A DNA stretch of 64,000 bases from Octopus vulgaris (taxonomy: Eukaryota): positions 99,324,001-99,388,000 of the forward strand of contig OX597818.1 in assembly GCA_951406725.2 (NCBI GenBank). The letters run 5' to 3'. Shown one piece after another: positions 1 through 12,464 of the stretch. Both the position numbers and the translations under genes were made by a program. Every line of letters begins with the position of its first letter. Positions within the stretch are counted from its first letter, which is position 1. The notes under the pieces were generated by a model. The model was not told the origin of the DNA and made no database searches. It saw only the letters and a program-made list of their open reading frames with translations.

Positions 1-238
1 GGCAAAACAGAACAGCAGACTAAGATAAACTCGTAGACAGACATATCTGATGAAAAATGAGTGGACAGGAAAAAACAAAAAAAGATCGGCAAACAAACTA
101 CATTGGTTAAGGTATATGAGCAACAATATAGAAGTAGACATAGGAGACAGACAAGTGGTATAGCGGACAGATAATATAGACGGACAGAGTGAAGATTGAG
201 AAATGAGACAATAGTACAGACTAGGTATATGAGCAGGG

Positions 239-829
239 GAGCTGGCAGAAACGTTAGCACGCCGGGCGAAATGCTTAGCGGTATTTCGTCTGCCGCTACG
301 TTCTGAGTTCAAATTCCGTCGAGGTCGACTTTGCCTTTCATCCTTTCGGGGTCGATTAAATAAGTACTAGTTATGCACTGGGGTCGATGTAATCGACTTA
401 ATCCGTTTGTCTGTCCTTGTTTGTCCTCTCTGTGTTTAGCCCCTTGTGGGTAGTAAAGAAATAGGTATTTCGTCTGCTGCTACGTTCTGAGTTCAAATTC
501 CGCCGAGGTCGACTTTGCCTTTCATCCTTTCGGGGTCGATTAAATAAGTACCAGTTATGCACTGGGGTCGATGTAATCGACTTAATCCGTTTGTCTGTCT
601 TTGTTTGTTCTCTCTGTGTTTAGCCCCTTGTGGGTAGTAAAGAAATAGGTATTTCGTCTGCCGCTACGTTCTGAGTTCAAATTCCGCCGAGGTCGACTTT
701 GCCTTTCATCTTTTCGGGGTCGATTAAATAAATACCAGTTACGCACTGGGGTCGATGTAATCGACTTAATACCTATGTCTGTCCTTGTTTGTCCATTCTA
801 TGTTTAGCCCCTTGTGGGTAATAAAGAAA
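239..829 (+). mobile_element. tRNA-derived SINE, family B, with body triplicated head-to-tail (184-bp period)
   Basis: Head GAGCTGGCAGAAACGTTAGC (A-box-like) and B-box-like GAGTTCAAATTCC. Core GCCTTTCATCCTTTCGGGGTCGATTAAATAAGTACC resembles the Nin/Deu-type SINE domain. Units start at 280, 464 and 648. Flanked by a 17-bp direct repeat TAGGTATAT(G/A)AGCAGGG at 222-238 and 830-846. Confidence 0.9.
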
Positions 830-1198
830 TAGGTATATAAGCAGGGAATCTTCTAGATAAACAGAAAAAGACGAAGAGGAAAATGGAGGACGACAAGGAT
901 GATAGAAAAAGAAAGGGAGGTACCTAAATAGGAAGCTTGAAAGCATTCCATGCTCCCAGAAAGTGGCTTTAGAATTCCAATAACAAGTGATATTTATAAA
1001 TAATGATTAAATTGCTGCATTTATTTATTCGGCCCAGAAATGTAAAAAGGCAAATTGGATCAATGCAGAATTTGAGCTCAGAGTTATAAAACGTAATAAA
1101 TAGGATCGTATATTTAATTTATCATTTTGGTGCAGAATTTCAAACAATAAAAAAAATTATGAAATAAAAGAAATTAATTAACTAAATTAATATGCATA

Positions 1199-1368
1199 GG
1201 CGTAGGAGTGGCTGTGTGGTAAGTAGCTTGCTTACGAACCATATGGTCCTGGGTTCAGTCCCACTGCGTGGCACCTTGGGCAAGTGTCTTCTACTATAGC
1301 TTGGGTTGACCAAAGCCTTGTGAGCGGATTTGGTAGACGGAAACTGAAAGAAGCCCGTCGCGTATATG

Positions 1369-1433
<65 letters not shown>

Positions 1434-1645
1434 ATATGTTTGTGTGTCTGTGTTTGTCCCCCCCCCAACATCGCTTGACAACCGATGCTGATGTGTTTAC
1501 GTCCCCGTAACTTAGCGGTTCGGCAAAATAGACCGATAGAATAAGTACTAGGCTTACAAAGAATAAGTCCCGGGGTCGATTTGCTCTCGACTAAAGGCGG
1601 TGCTCCAGCATGGCCGCAGTCAAATGACTGAAACAAGTAAAAGAG
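1199..1645 (+). mobile_element. Composite tRNA-derived SINE, family A (tRNA head, CORE-like segment, internal (TA)n(TG)n, second module, LINE-like tail)
   Basis: A box TGGCTGTGTGG, B box GGTTCAGTCC, CORE-like ACCTTGGGCAAGT, tail GGTGCTCCAGCATGGCCGCAGTCAAATGACTGAAACAAGTAAAAGA. Near-identical copies at 15079 and 16647. Confidence 0.92.
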
Positions 1646-1799
1646 TATGCGCACTTGAAACACCCTAAACTGAAATACCAGTATTTACGCATTTATATGT
1701 ATGCAAACATTGAACTGTATAAGCCTTAATGTATATCTCGTAGATATCAGTGAATACTTTGTCTGAAGATTTCCATATATCGGAACAAATAATTTTCAA

Positions 1800-1960
1800 C
1801 TTGGCTTAAATCATCCAGGATATTCGTCACTGAGGAGACAAAATCGAAACACTGTTTGGCGTTCCACCAGAGATCTGAGCGAAACCATGCGTTTTTAACA
1901 CAAAAATCTCTTTTGGATGTTTCTTTGAGATAAATCTTACAGCTAGTGCAGTTCTACGTT
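1800..1960 (-). pseudogene. Possible decayed mariner transposase fragment (catalytic-domain region)
   Basis: Minus strand reads TSKRDFCVKNAWFRSDLWWNAKQCFDF, loosely like the mariner TPKxxLHPKKVMLCVWWDxKGIIHFE segment. Weak, by-eye match. Confidence 0.3.
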
Positions 1961-2279
1961 TGTATACATACCATAGATGCGTATATACGCAGGTACATTA
2001 ATTAATTAGTTGATAGGGTTAAATAATTCGAATGTGCGCGCAGGTCCATTCAAAAATAATTCCACAGAATCGTAGGTAGAAGATAATATTTCTAGTTGAG
2101 GTCATTCAGTTAAAAGAAATATTTTGGTGAGTAAGCTAACTAACGACAAAGAACTTAGACTTCTCACTATCAATCCCATCACCCCATTATGACATCCTGC
2201 AACACATCACCCATTATCACCCTGCCTTATTCAACATTCAAATTCATTCGTACAAGCATTTAACTCCTTATTCGTTCAT

Positions 2280-2447
2280 GCATACCTATATACATACATA
2301 CATACATACATACATACATACATAAATACATACATACATAAATACATACATACATACATACATACATACATACATAAATACATACATACATACATACATA
2401 CATACATACATACATACATACATACATACATACATACATACATACAC
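2280..2447. repeat. (CATA)n microsatellite
   Basis: Directly visible tetranucleotide tract. Confidence 0.97.
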
Positions 2448-3581
2448 AAACCTACTTCAAACATTCTTTACTTCATTTCACTGCACTCCGCCTCGCTTGT
2501 CACGTTTATTTCTTTCCCGCTGTTTATTTTTCTATGCTTAAAAACTGCTTCACTACTTCCTGCCTGTCACTTAATTAAAGAGCGTCTTTGACCCAACACA
2601 TTAATTTTTCTTCCATTGTCTTTTTCTTGGATCTTCTCTTGATAAAAGAATAGTATCCGAAACGTCAATTAATTTTTCTTTTTATTCCTATACATCATAA
2701 TAGTATTCGCTTGAACCCCGATTTATTTATTTACCGGCACTTTTACTCGTGGCTTACCTGGATATCAATTTTCTGAATATCAATTACAGCGCTGGCGCAG
2801 ACCTAACACGAATTACCCCTGGATTTAGTATCTTAACAGATGTGACCTATTCTAAAGAAGGCAAAGGTTTACTGGAAGGTAAACGGCTGAGTAGGTCCGT
2901 CGACTAACTAGAATCCATCATTGCATTTCCGCCAGTTTCTAACCCATTCACTCATTAAATCTTTTATTATTACTAAAACAGTGCATGCTAGTTTGAAATA
3001 GAAAGCTATCTATCCTCCTCATCCAAATGTCCCTGCTCTTATTCCTATCCAAATAACTAGTGTCTCACTTCCCAAATAGTCTACTATCCCTTTCACCTAT
3101 CATCTTAGTTCTGTAAACCCCTTCCCCCAGTAATTTCTCCGCTCACATTTTCTCTTAAAGCATCAATCTACGAAAGTTCAAATTGAAGCTCATCAGTCTG
3201 GGATAGTTTGCTATGGCTATGGCCATTGCCCTTCGTTTTCGAGGTAAAATATAAAAACAATCCAGTTGTTTATATTTGTAAGAAACATCCAGATGTCATG
3301 ATTGCCATAATACCACTACTATCGCCGCAGCCATCACCGACTCTTCAGCTGCAGCCGCTCTCACCGTCGCACCGATACTACTACTATTACCGTATTAAGC
3401 ACTGAATTATAATTATTTCAATCATTAACAAGTATAGTTGTAGCTATAACACACTTTCCACTTAACCAACCTTTATTATGCCTTCATTATTAATCACCAT
3501 CATCATTATCATCACCTTCATCGAGGTCATCGTCATCTTCATCATTATCACCCTCGTTATCACACTCAACTTTTAATAACT

Positions 3582-3640
<59 letters not shown>

Positions 3641-3654
3641 TGTATATATTGATT

Positions 3655-3800
3655 TCTTTCTTGAGCACGAGGCCAATATTTCTGAAGACGGAAATAGGAA
3701 ATTAATTCATTTGCCACACCTAACATTACAGGCACTTAAACTATCGATTTTAAGAAGGATAGCAGACAAAGACGATCTAGTACGATTCGAACCCGAGCAG
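3655..3800 (-). mobile_element. Degenerate family B SINE following a (CTA)n tract
   Basis: TTTCTTTCTTGAGCACGAGGCC tail and AAGGATAGCAGACAAAGACGATC...ATTCGAACCCG resemble the reverse complement of the family B tail and core. Confidence 0.5.
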
Positions 3801-4094
3801 AATCACTGAGGCGAGGCCTCTAGCTCGGGTCATGTGATGTTATAGCTTCTCCCACGTTTGTGCTTATGTTTGTCATAGTGCTGAAAGGTTGGGACATGAT
3901 TATAAACAAATGATTATAAACGTAAAACTGTTAGAGAAGAGTGTAGAGAAAGACTAGGAAATGTGAACTGAGGTCTTAACGGAGATGTAAATTAAGTGAT
4001 GTAGCTTCAATCGTGAATAGAAACCAGATCGCAAACTCCGTAGGCATGGAGTACTTCACTTTCTCACCCACCCGACATATCTTCATCGTTGATC

Positions 4095-4750
4095 TTTTAC
4101 TTATTTTAGTCATTAGACTGCGGCCATGCTAGGTAGGGCACTACTGCCTCGAAGAATTTCAGTCGAATGAATCGACTCCAGTATTTTTATTTAGTTTTAA
4201 GCGCGGTTACTTATTCTAACGATCTATTTTGCCGAACCGACAAGTTACGGGGACGTAAACACACCAACATCGGTTGTCAAGTGGTGATTGATAAACACAA
4301 AAAGACACACAGACACATACACACACACTTACTCACACACGCATTTACACTCACACGCACTTACACACACGCACTTACACACACACGCACTTAAACACAT
4401 GCGAACTTACACACACATGCACTTACACACACGCACTTACACACACACACACCTACACACACACACGCACTTAAACACATACAAACTTACACACACATGC
4501 ACTTACACACACACGCACTTACACACACACACGCACTTAAACACACACGTACTTACACACACACGTACTTACACACACACACGCACACAAGTGCCTTTTT
4601 GCAGTTTCCGTCAACCAAATCCACTCGCAAAGGCTTTGGTCAGCCCGTGGCTATAGTAGAAGACATTTGCCCAAAGTGCCACGTAGTGGAACTGAACCTG
4701 GAACCAAGTGGTTTTGGAATCAAATTTCTCACCACATTGCCACTCCTGTA
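4095..4750 (-). mobile_element. Family A SINE, older copy, with internal microsatellite converted to a (CACACACGCACTTA)-type minisatellite
   Basis: Reverse-complement tail (AGTCATTAGACTGCGGCCATGCT), second module (AAGTTACGGGGACGTAAACACACC), left module (CAGTTTCCGTCAACCAAATCCACTCGCAAAGGCTTTGGTC) and head (GCCACTCCTG). Confidence 0.88.
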
Positions 4751-4912
4751 TATCACTCTCATTTAGATTTTCAGTGTTAAGCTTTCTTTAGTGATGTGAA
4801 CGAAATCAAAATTGAAGCTGAAAGCTTATTGAATCATAAAATTATGTAACAATAACAGCTAGCAGCATCAAGATATAATCAAAAAGCATTATCGCCATCA
4901 TCACTATCGCCA

Positions 4913-5800
<888 letters not shown>

Positions 5801-6314
5801 CAGCTTCCTCAAGAGGAAAACTAGCAAAGGAATTCAAATCACCACTGACACATGTTTCACAAGATGTGCGAAGGTAGTCGTAACATGGACGACTTAGGAG
5901 ACCTGAGATGTAGTACGCAGAAAATGAAATATATGTCTCGCTCATCCACCACCCCACACACTATGGCTGCGATCCAGACCAAGAGGGAAAGGCTAAAACG
6001 AGCGAATTGTTTTCTGTAAATACACACACAGACACAAGTATGGCAGAGGGTATTTATATTTTAGTAATTTTACGAATAAACTCCTGCTCTACATTCCGCG
6101 AGGTGTTGGAGCATCTAATTCTTATGGGCATATGCGATCGATATTTAGTGGAATTGATGTGAAGGTGAAAATCATATATTCACACTATATAAATAGCACA
6201 CACGCTCGCACCTGAACACGCGCTCGCGACAACACACTCACACTCACACAGAGTAAAATATACACAAACCAAACAACACCAAAAATATACTCACATACAC
6301 ACACATATACCAAA

Positions 6315-6347
<33 letters not shown>

Positions 6348-7459
6348 TCAAGAGGAGACAACCCCAACAAAAATAAAATGAACGACAAAATTTCCAGATG
6401 TTTTCGAAATGAAATTGAATGTCGAATAGTGGAAAGAATAAAACAGAGGAGGCCATCGCAGTTCTAGCATCGACAGCAGACGATAACCTCAAGAACAAGA
6501 CGTAGACAGTAACTCCTTCAAAATATAACGAAAAGAATGATTTTTATCAGCGGATAAAAGTAGACGGTACTTTCATGCAGTGTTATATAAGTCTCTCAAG
6601 TGAAGTAGGCTTCAACCATTGAAGAGTCTGCAAGTCCTCCAGAAGAAAGAATGGTTCTTTTCGTTTTTCTTTCTGTTTTTCTTTGTAATAGAACTAATGT
6701 TTATTTATCACAACTCTGGCAGGACAAAAGGTTTTAAAGAAGATAAGATTTCTTTAGGATTACCAAAATTGATTTATATTTCACTAGGTGAAAAAGCAAT
6801 GAATTTAGTGGAGGTGTGTGGGGGAGGTTAGCAGAGTGAATGAACCGACCTCTCACAAATATATTATTAGTACTTATTGACCCTGAAAGGATGAAAGGGA
6901 AAATAGTCTCTGTAGCATTGACTCTGTTTATCTATGTACGACTCTGAAGTCGATAAAATATGATTTATGCAGTTGATGTTCCAAATATTTAAAAATCATA
7001 CAATCAAGTTATAGTTGACTCAGATACGTAGAAACACACGCAAACATAGACACACACGCGCATTAACATCTAAGTATACAATCTCTGTATTTATCTATAT
7101 TCACATAGAGAAGTTTGAACAGTAAAATGACTGAGTGGAATGCCTTTATGTAAGTAAGCTTGGTATCTGGAGACGACATCAATGACGACGATGATAGCGG
7201 TGACAATGATGATGATGACGACTACATCAGTGGTGATCATGACCATGACGACGACAACAATGATAATAATGAAGGTGGTGGTAGCAGCAGAAACAACAGC
7301 TGGAAATGCTACATTTTATCCTGAGCAGCTTTCGATGTAATCACTACATGTTAAGAAACAAACTGCTTTAAGAAACGGAAGTTACCATTTTGATTTTCTC
7401 TACATTTTTAATTTGGCCACTGGTCGTTAAAGGAAGATATATTCATGCCAGTGGCATTA

Positions 7460-7790
7460 GACGTTTACGGAATGTTTTCAGAAAGAATCAGTCCAATATT
7501 TTATATACACACAAAGCATTCGATATATTGAACGTATTGACACCGCCCAAAATTTGTTTTCCAACGACCAACTTGACAAACAGTTTCACTTTGGTCATTC
7601 AATAAACACTCAAGTGATATATTTGCCTCTCGCCACTCCGACACAATCCCTTTAACATCTGTTTGTTCATGAATGGAGTCATCTTCAACTTCTCCAAATT
7701 CCATTAAATACTCCTCTATTTGCTCCGCTTCTTTTAGTTTCCACACCTTAAAAGAAGACTTTCGATTTTCAATATGACACAAACTGTTTA
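7460..7790 (-). pseudogene. Possible decayed non-LTR retrotransposon ORF1 (RRM-like region followed by degenerate zinc knuckle)
   Basis: Non-repetitive part of ORF 7501-7911: EQIEEYLMEFGEVEDDSIHEQTDVKGIVSEWREANISL...QYIECFVC, then I*NIGLI, resembling EEYLxxFGEV...CxxCxxxGH. An RTE ORF2 linker (VWKLK...) is an alternative reading. Confidence 0.35.
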
Positions 7791-7824
7791 TAAACACACG
7801 CACGCACGCACGCACGCACACACG

Positions 7825-7904
<80 letters not shown>

Positions 7905-8304
7905 CACACAAAATTCGAAGACAATTTAAAAAAAATAAAGACCGGAAACAAAATCTAGCGGTATTCGTTAGGGATTAAGAAAAAAAAAAGGTATATATGG
8001 AAAACATCCCAGCGTGACACTCAACGCACACTTTAGTGTTTTTCGTTCCCTCTTTTCAAGGTGATAAAACCTTCTTACCATCTATTTTTCAGTTCAACTA
8101 CTTGAAACATTCTAATTACCTCACGGAAATGCATAAACTAATCAAGAGAGGTATAATATGGAATATGGTCTTAGAATCCGAGGATGATATGGAATATGAA
8201 ATCATCCATTATGAGCAGCTGTAACTTTCCCTGCGAGTTAGGTGATTGAAGTTATAAACGCTCTAAACCCATTGAGTGTCAAGGTATCTTTTTTTTCGCC
8301 GGAT

Positions 8305-8535
8305 GGCGGCGAGCTGGCAGAAACGTTAGCACGCCGGGCGAAATGCTTTATGGTATTTCGTCCGCCGCTGAGTGCTGAGTTCAAATTCCGCCGAGGTCGA
8401 CTTTGCCTTTCATCCTTTCGAGGTCGATAAATTAAGCACCAGTTATGCACTGGGGTCGATGTAATCGACTTAATCCGTTCGTCTGTCCTTGTTTGTCCCC
8501 TCTGTGTTTAGCCCCTTGAGGATAGTAAAGAAATA
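8305..8535 (+). mobile_element. Family B SINE, full-length monomer
   Basis: GGCGGCGAGCTGGCAGAAACGTTAGC...GTAAAGAAAT, same as one unit of the 239-829 element. Flanked by AGGTAT(C)TTTTTTTTC at about 8282-8297 and 8535-8548. Confidence 0.92.
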
Positions 8536-8672
8536 GGTATTTTTTTTCTTTGTGGAGTGGATAAATTTCCATGTCTTCATCATCTTCATACACTTTAGCT
8601 CGAGTACAAAGGTTCTTGTTATTCGTTGGTATTGATATAAGTAAGCATAATTTATCTACATGTTGCTGATGT

Positions 8673-9212
8673 CTTCTTCTTCTTCTTCTTCTTCTTCTTC
8701 TTCTTCTTCTTCTTCTTCTTCTTCTTCTTCTTCTTCCAATCAGGACTCACGCCATTAGCCACAAAGAATAATCTCTAATTCGAGCCTACTCTAAGCTACT
8801 AAGAAAGTGTGTGGCAACTTGAAGATCCACTCACCACATGCGATAGACTGGCAGTTGCACGGGCGCGAAAGCTACATTGTTATCCTGATTCCGTAAACGG
8901 TGGCTTTTAACGGGTGGAGAGTAGAACCATCCTGGGGTACAGAGGATTCGCAATTTAGACTAGGGTCTGAAAGTTTACCACACCATAGTGGGTTACACCA
9001 TGGTTCCTCTGCTTTATGGCAGAAGTAAGATGAAAGAGTGAGAGAAAGTTGTGGTGAAAGAGTACAGCGGGGTTCACCCCACCCCGCCGGAGCCTCGTAG
9101 AGCTTAGGTGTTTTTGCTCAATAAACACTTACAATGTCCGGTCTGGGAATCGAAATCACGTTCTTACGACCGCGAGTCCGCTGCCCTAACCACTGGGCCA
9201 TTGTGCCTCTAC
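8673..9212 (-). mobile_element. Chimeric retroposon: family C tRNA-derived head joined to a LINE-like 3' end with a (GAA)n tail
   Basis: Minus strand starts GTAGAGGCACAATGGCCCAGTGGTTAGGGCAGCGGACTCGCGGTC...GATTTCGATTCCC (A and B boxes) and ends in (GAA)n. Exact 12-bp TSD TGTTGCTGATGT at 8661-8672 and 9213-9224. Confidence 0.85.
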
Positions 9213-10744
9213 TGTTGCTGATGTTTCTTATTATTTCCATTGGTTTGTATCTTCGTCCACACAGTTGAGTGTTGCACTAGATAAAGCCTTTGTAAAACAG
9301 CTTGTTGATAATCGTGACAGCAGTTCAAGATAGTGAAGAAGGACATAATATATTTCTAACATTGTAGAACCATTGCTGGTTGTTCGATTGCTGCTGTTGT
9401 TTCCATGCATATGAACATATCTCACCAAATTGAACAAATCGATTTCTTGTCTTGTAAGAAACGTATAAGGCTGTATGATACTGAAATCCTCAAAATGTTG
9501 ATGCATGACTTTTGTACTTGGGTTTATCATTTTCCCTTTAACAATCCTTCACACCACGTCATGTTTTGCGAGCAAACTTCCCATTTTCCTTTATTAAAAG
9601 AAAACGGGATTAATCTCTTTGGGAAATGTATGTATTGCTATCATGTTGATGGTGTCTCTGATGAAGAAACTGGGTAAATATTGTAAGTACCAGTTTTTGT
9701 TTAGTACATTGGTATTCAATCAAGCTACAGGTAGGATTTTCATACATATTGACTTCCCTTATATTACTAATGAACCCTTTTGGTCTTGTTACATATGTAA
9801 TACATTCGAATTTCTTCTGTTCCCTTTCAGAATGATATATTTCGAAGGCAATTTTTTTCTCATTTAATCCGTTTCAATGACAAATAGTCTGACCTGCTCC
9901 GTTTTTGAAGTTTTTTTTTCCACACAGTGAGCAAAATATTTCCTCTATTCAGTTTTATTGCCGTGACTGGCACTGTTGCCGTTGCTGCTTCTTCGACTGC
10001 TGCTCCTGTTCTTGAAATGTCTTTCAATCAAGAATATCACGACTACGGCTGCTGTTCTTGAATTTAATACTTTTTATTCTCTCAGAAAATTTTGTTTTAA
10101 CTGTTGTTGTTATTGTTATCACATGCAGCTAACTTTATGTCAAAGTTGGTTTCTGGTATCTTTTTTGCTGATCGGAAACCACCATTTTTCACTTGTTTAT
10201 CAGCCATCGGTTAAAAATCTTTTCTTCTATGTCATCTTTTGTTCTCACTTTACATCTTTGAAATGAATGAAACCTTTGCAAGGTGTTTATTTAAAAAAAA
10301 AAAAACTATTAAGATCATAAAAATGGAATCTGATACCTCTAGTAATATTAATGATTCATTCCTCAGATACAAAGCAAATCTTTTAGGACAAATGTATTGA
10401 GACCAAAAATCTTAAAACAGTGACACAACAAACTTTAGATGCTGTAAAGAATATAAAGTCAGCTCTCCTCCTCACAGCAGTTTTGATTTATTATGTTGGC
10501 TGAAGGCCAAATTTGTAAGGATATCCAATTTGTAGGAATATATTCAATTGAATCAACTCCAGAGCACGACAGGTACTTATTTTATTTACCAGAGATGGAA
10601 CTAAATATTGATCTCTGACTTCGACATAATGTTACATATTTTGGTGAGGCACAGTCGAATCAATAGATTTCACGCTATTCTTCATCTTACCGTTTCTGTC
10701 GTAAATAATGATGATGATGATGAAGTAGATGACGATTTCAAATT

Positions 10745-10927
10745 CTGACACAAGGTCGCATTTTGGGGAGGGATAAGTCGTTGACATTGACCCCACTATT
10801 TGACTGGTACTCATTTTATCGACCCCGAAAGGATGAAAGGCAAAATCGACCTCGGTGACAGTTGAACTGGGAATGTAAATCGCACAAATGTAACAAAGCA
10901 TTTGTGTACAAGTGTATTAATATTACA

Positions 10928-10984
<57 letters not shown>

Positions 10985-11226
10985 CCTTTCTATGATAGAT
11001 ACAAGGTCTGAAATTTTTGGGAGGGGACAAGTCGATTACATCGACCCCAGTGTTTCATTGGTACTTAATCCCCGAAAGGATGAAAGGCAAAGTCAACCTC
11101 GGCAGCATTTGAACTCAAAGCCTAAAGATGGACGAAGTATCGTTGAGCATTTTGCCCGGCGTGCTAACGATTCTGCCAGCTCGCCGCCTCATTAATAATA
11201 ATAATAATGATAATAATAATAACAAC

Positions 11227-11263
<37 letters not shown>

Positions 11264-11518
11264 AATAATAATAATAATAATAATAATAACGATAATAATA
11301 GTCCTTTTTACTATAGGCACAAGCCTTGGATTTTTGTGAGGAGGAGGACAATCGATCACATCGATCCCAGTACGCAACTGGTACTTAAATTATCGACCCC
11401 GAAAGGATGAACGGCAAAGTCGACCTCGGCGGAATTTGAACTCAGACCGGAGCGATGAGCAAAATACCGCTAAACATTTCGTCCAGTGTGCTATAACGAT
11501 TCTGCCGGTTCACCGCCG
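10745..11518 (-). mobile_element. Three co-oriented family B SINE copies (about 10745-10865, 10985-11190, 11305-11518) separated by (TAA)n/(CAA)n tracts
   Basis: Each contains CCCGAAAGGATGAA(A/C)GGCAAA(G/A)TC(G/A)ACCTCGG, the reverse complement of the family B core. The 11190 end shows TTCTGCCAGCTCGCCGCC. Confidence 0.88.
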
Positions 11519-11540
11519 TACTATAATAATAATAATAACA

Positions 11541-11598
<58 letters not shown>

Positions 11599-11600
<2 letters not shown>

Positions 11601-11765
11601 GGTCATGTGCTGTTTATCTTGATATGAGATCACCATGTCGCGCACATATGGTTGTGATGCATGTGCCTGGTGTACCCTTATCAGACGGGTAGTCATGATG
11701 GGTATACTGGGCTTCGTATATTTTACCCCAGTGTCACTTTGATGGCATGCTCTGCTCGCTCACTC

Positions 11766-11767
<2 letters not shown>
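11599..11767 (+). mobile_element. Short GC-richer insert inside a (TAA)n tract; probable 5'-truncated 3' UTR of a TAA-targeting R4/Dong-type LINE
   Basis: About 170 bp of complex sequence with pure (TAA)n on both sides. Dong-type elements are known to target TAA repeats; family assignment is inference. Confidence 0.55.
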
Positions 11768-11812
<45 letters not shown>

Positions 11813-12384
11813 AAAAATAGCAACAGCAGTAGCAATAGCAGCAATAGCAGCAGCAGCAACAACAACAACAATTTCTTTTCATTTCGAGAAATGGAAAAAG
11901 AATTGTTGTAAATGGATTTCTGTCTGGCAGTAATATCAGCTAAATAAATTTGAAGAGATATATATGAAATATAACTATCGATCCAATATCAATTGCATTC
12001 ACAGTAGCTGGTGGTCAGAATTATAAATACTCTTTCGTCGACAGAGCGCACAATAAAGCCATGACTTTGTTGTTGCGAGATTGGTGCTTTTGCTGGCTAT
12101 ATCAAAGTCCACTCATTCACACAAATGTATATCAGAGATGACGCTTGCTACTTAACCCGATGTATGTAATTTTAAAATTTGAAGCTATGTGACTAAAGTA
12201 GGGTATATATATAGCATGTATATACCCCCTTTCCACTTGTCTGACGTAAAAATGAATAATTTATATTAAAACCAGATTTGCTATATGCATTTATTTTTAA
12301 ATCTTTGGCATACAAAGCATACGTTACACTCATACAGGAGCTGCTCCTTAATGTCAATGAATGAATCAATCAATCAATCAGTCT

Positions 12385-12385
12385 A

Positions 12386-12463
<78 letters not shown>
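12385..12463. repeat. (CTAT)n microsatellite
   Basis: Directly visible. Confidence 0.97.

Positions 12464-12464
<1 letters not shown>

Noticed and set aside
280-835. Regular direct repeats suggestive of a CRISPR array
   Set aside because: Contiguous 184-bp SINE bodies with no unique spacers and no cas genes, in eukaryotic DNA.
1199-1275. tRNA-like heads with A/B boxes (also 8305, 9140-9212, 15079, 16647, 63915)
   Set aside because: No complete cloverleaf, and each continues into a SINE body; these are SINE heads, not tRNA genes.
6407-6505. Short plus-strand reading MSNSGKNKTEEAIAVLASTADDNLKNKT near an AG acceptor
   Set aside because: Only 28 aa, no recognisable homology and no convincing donor site.
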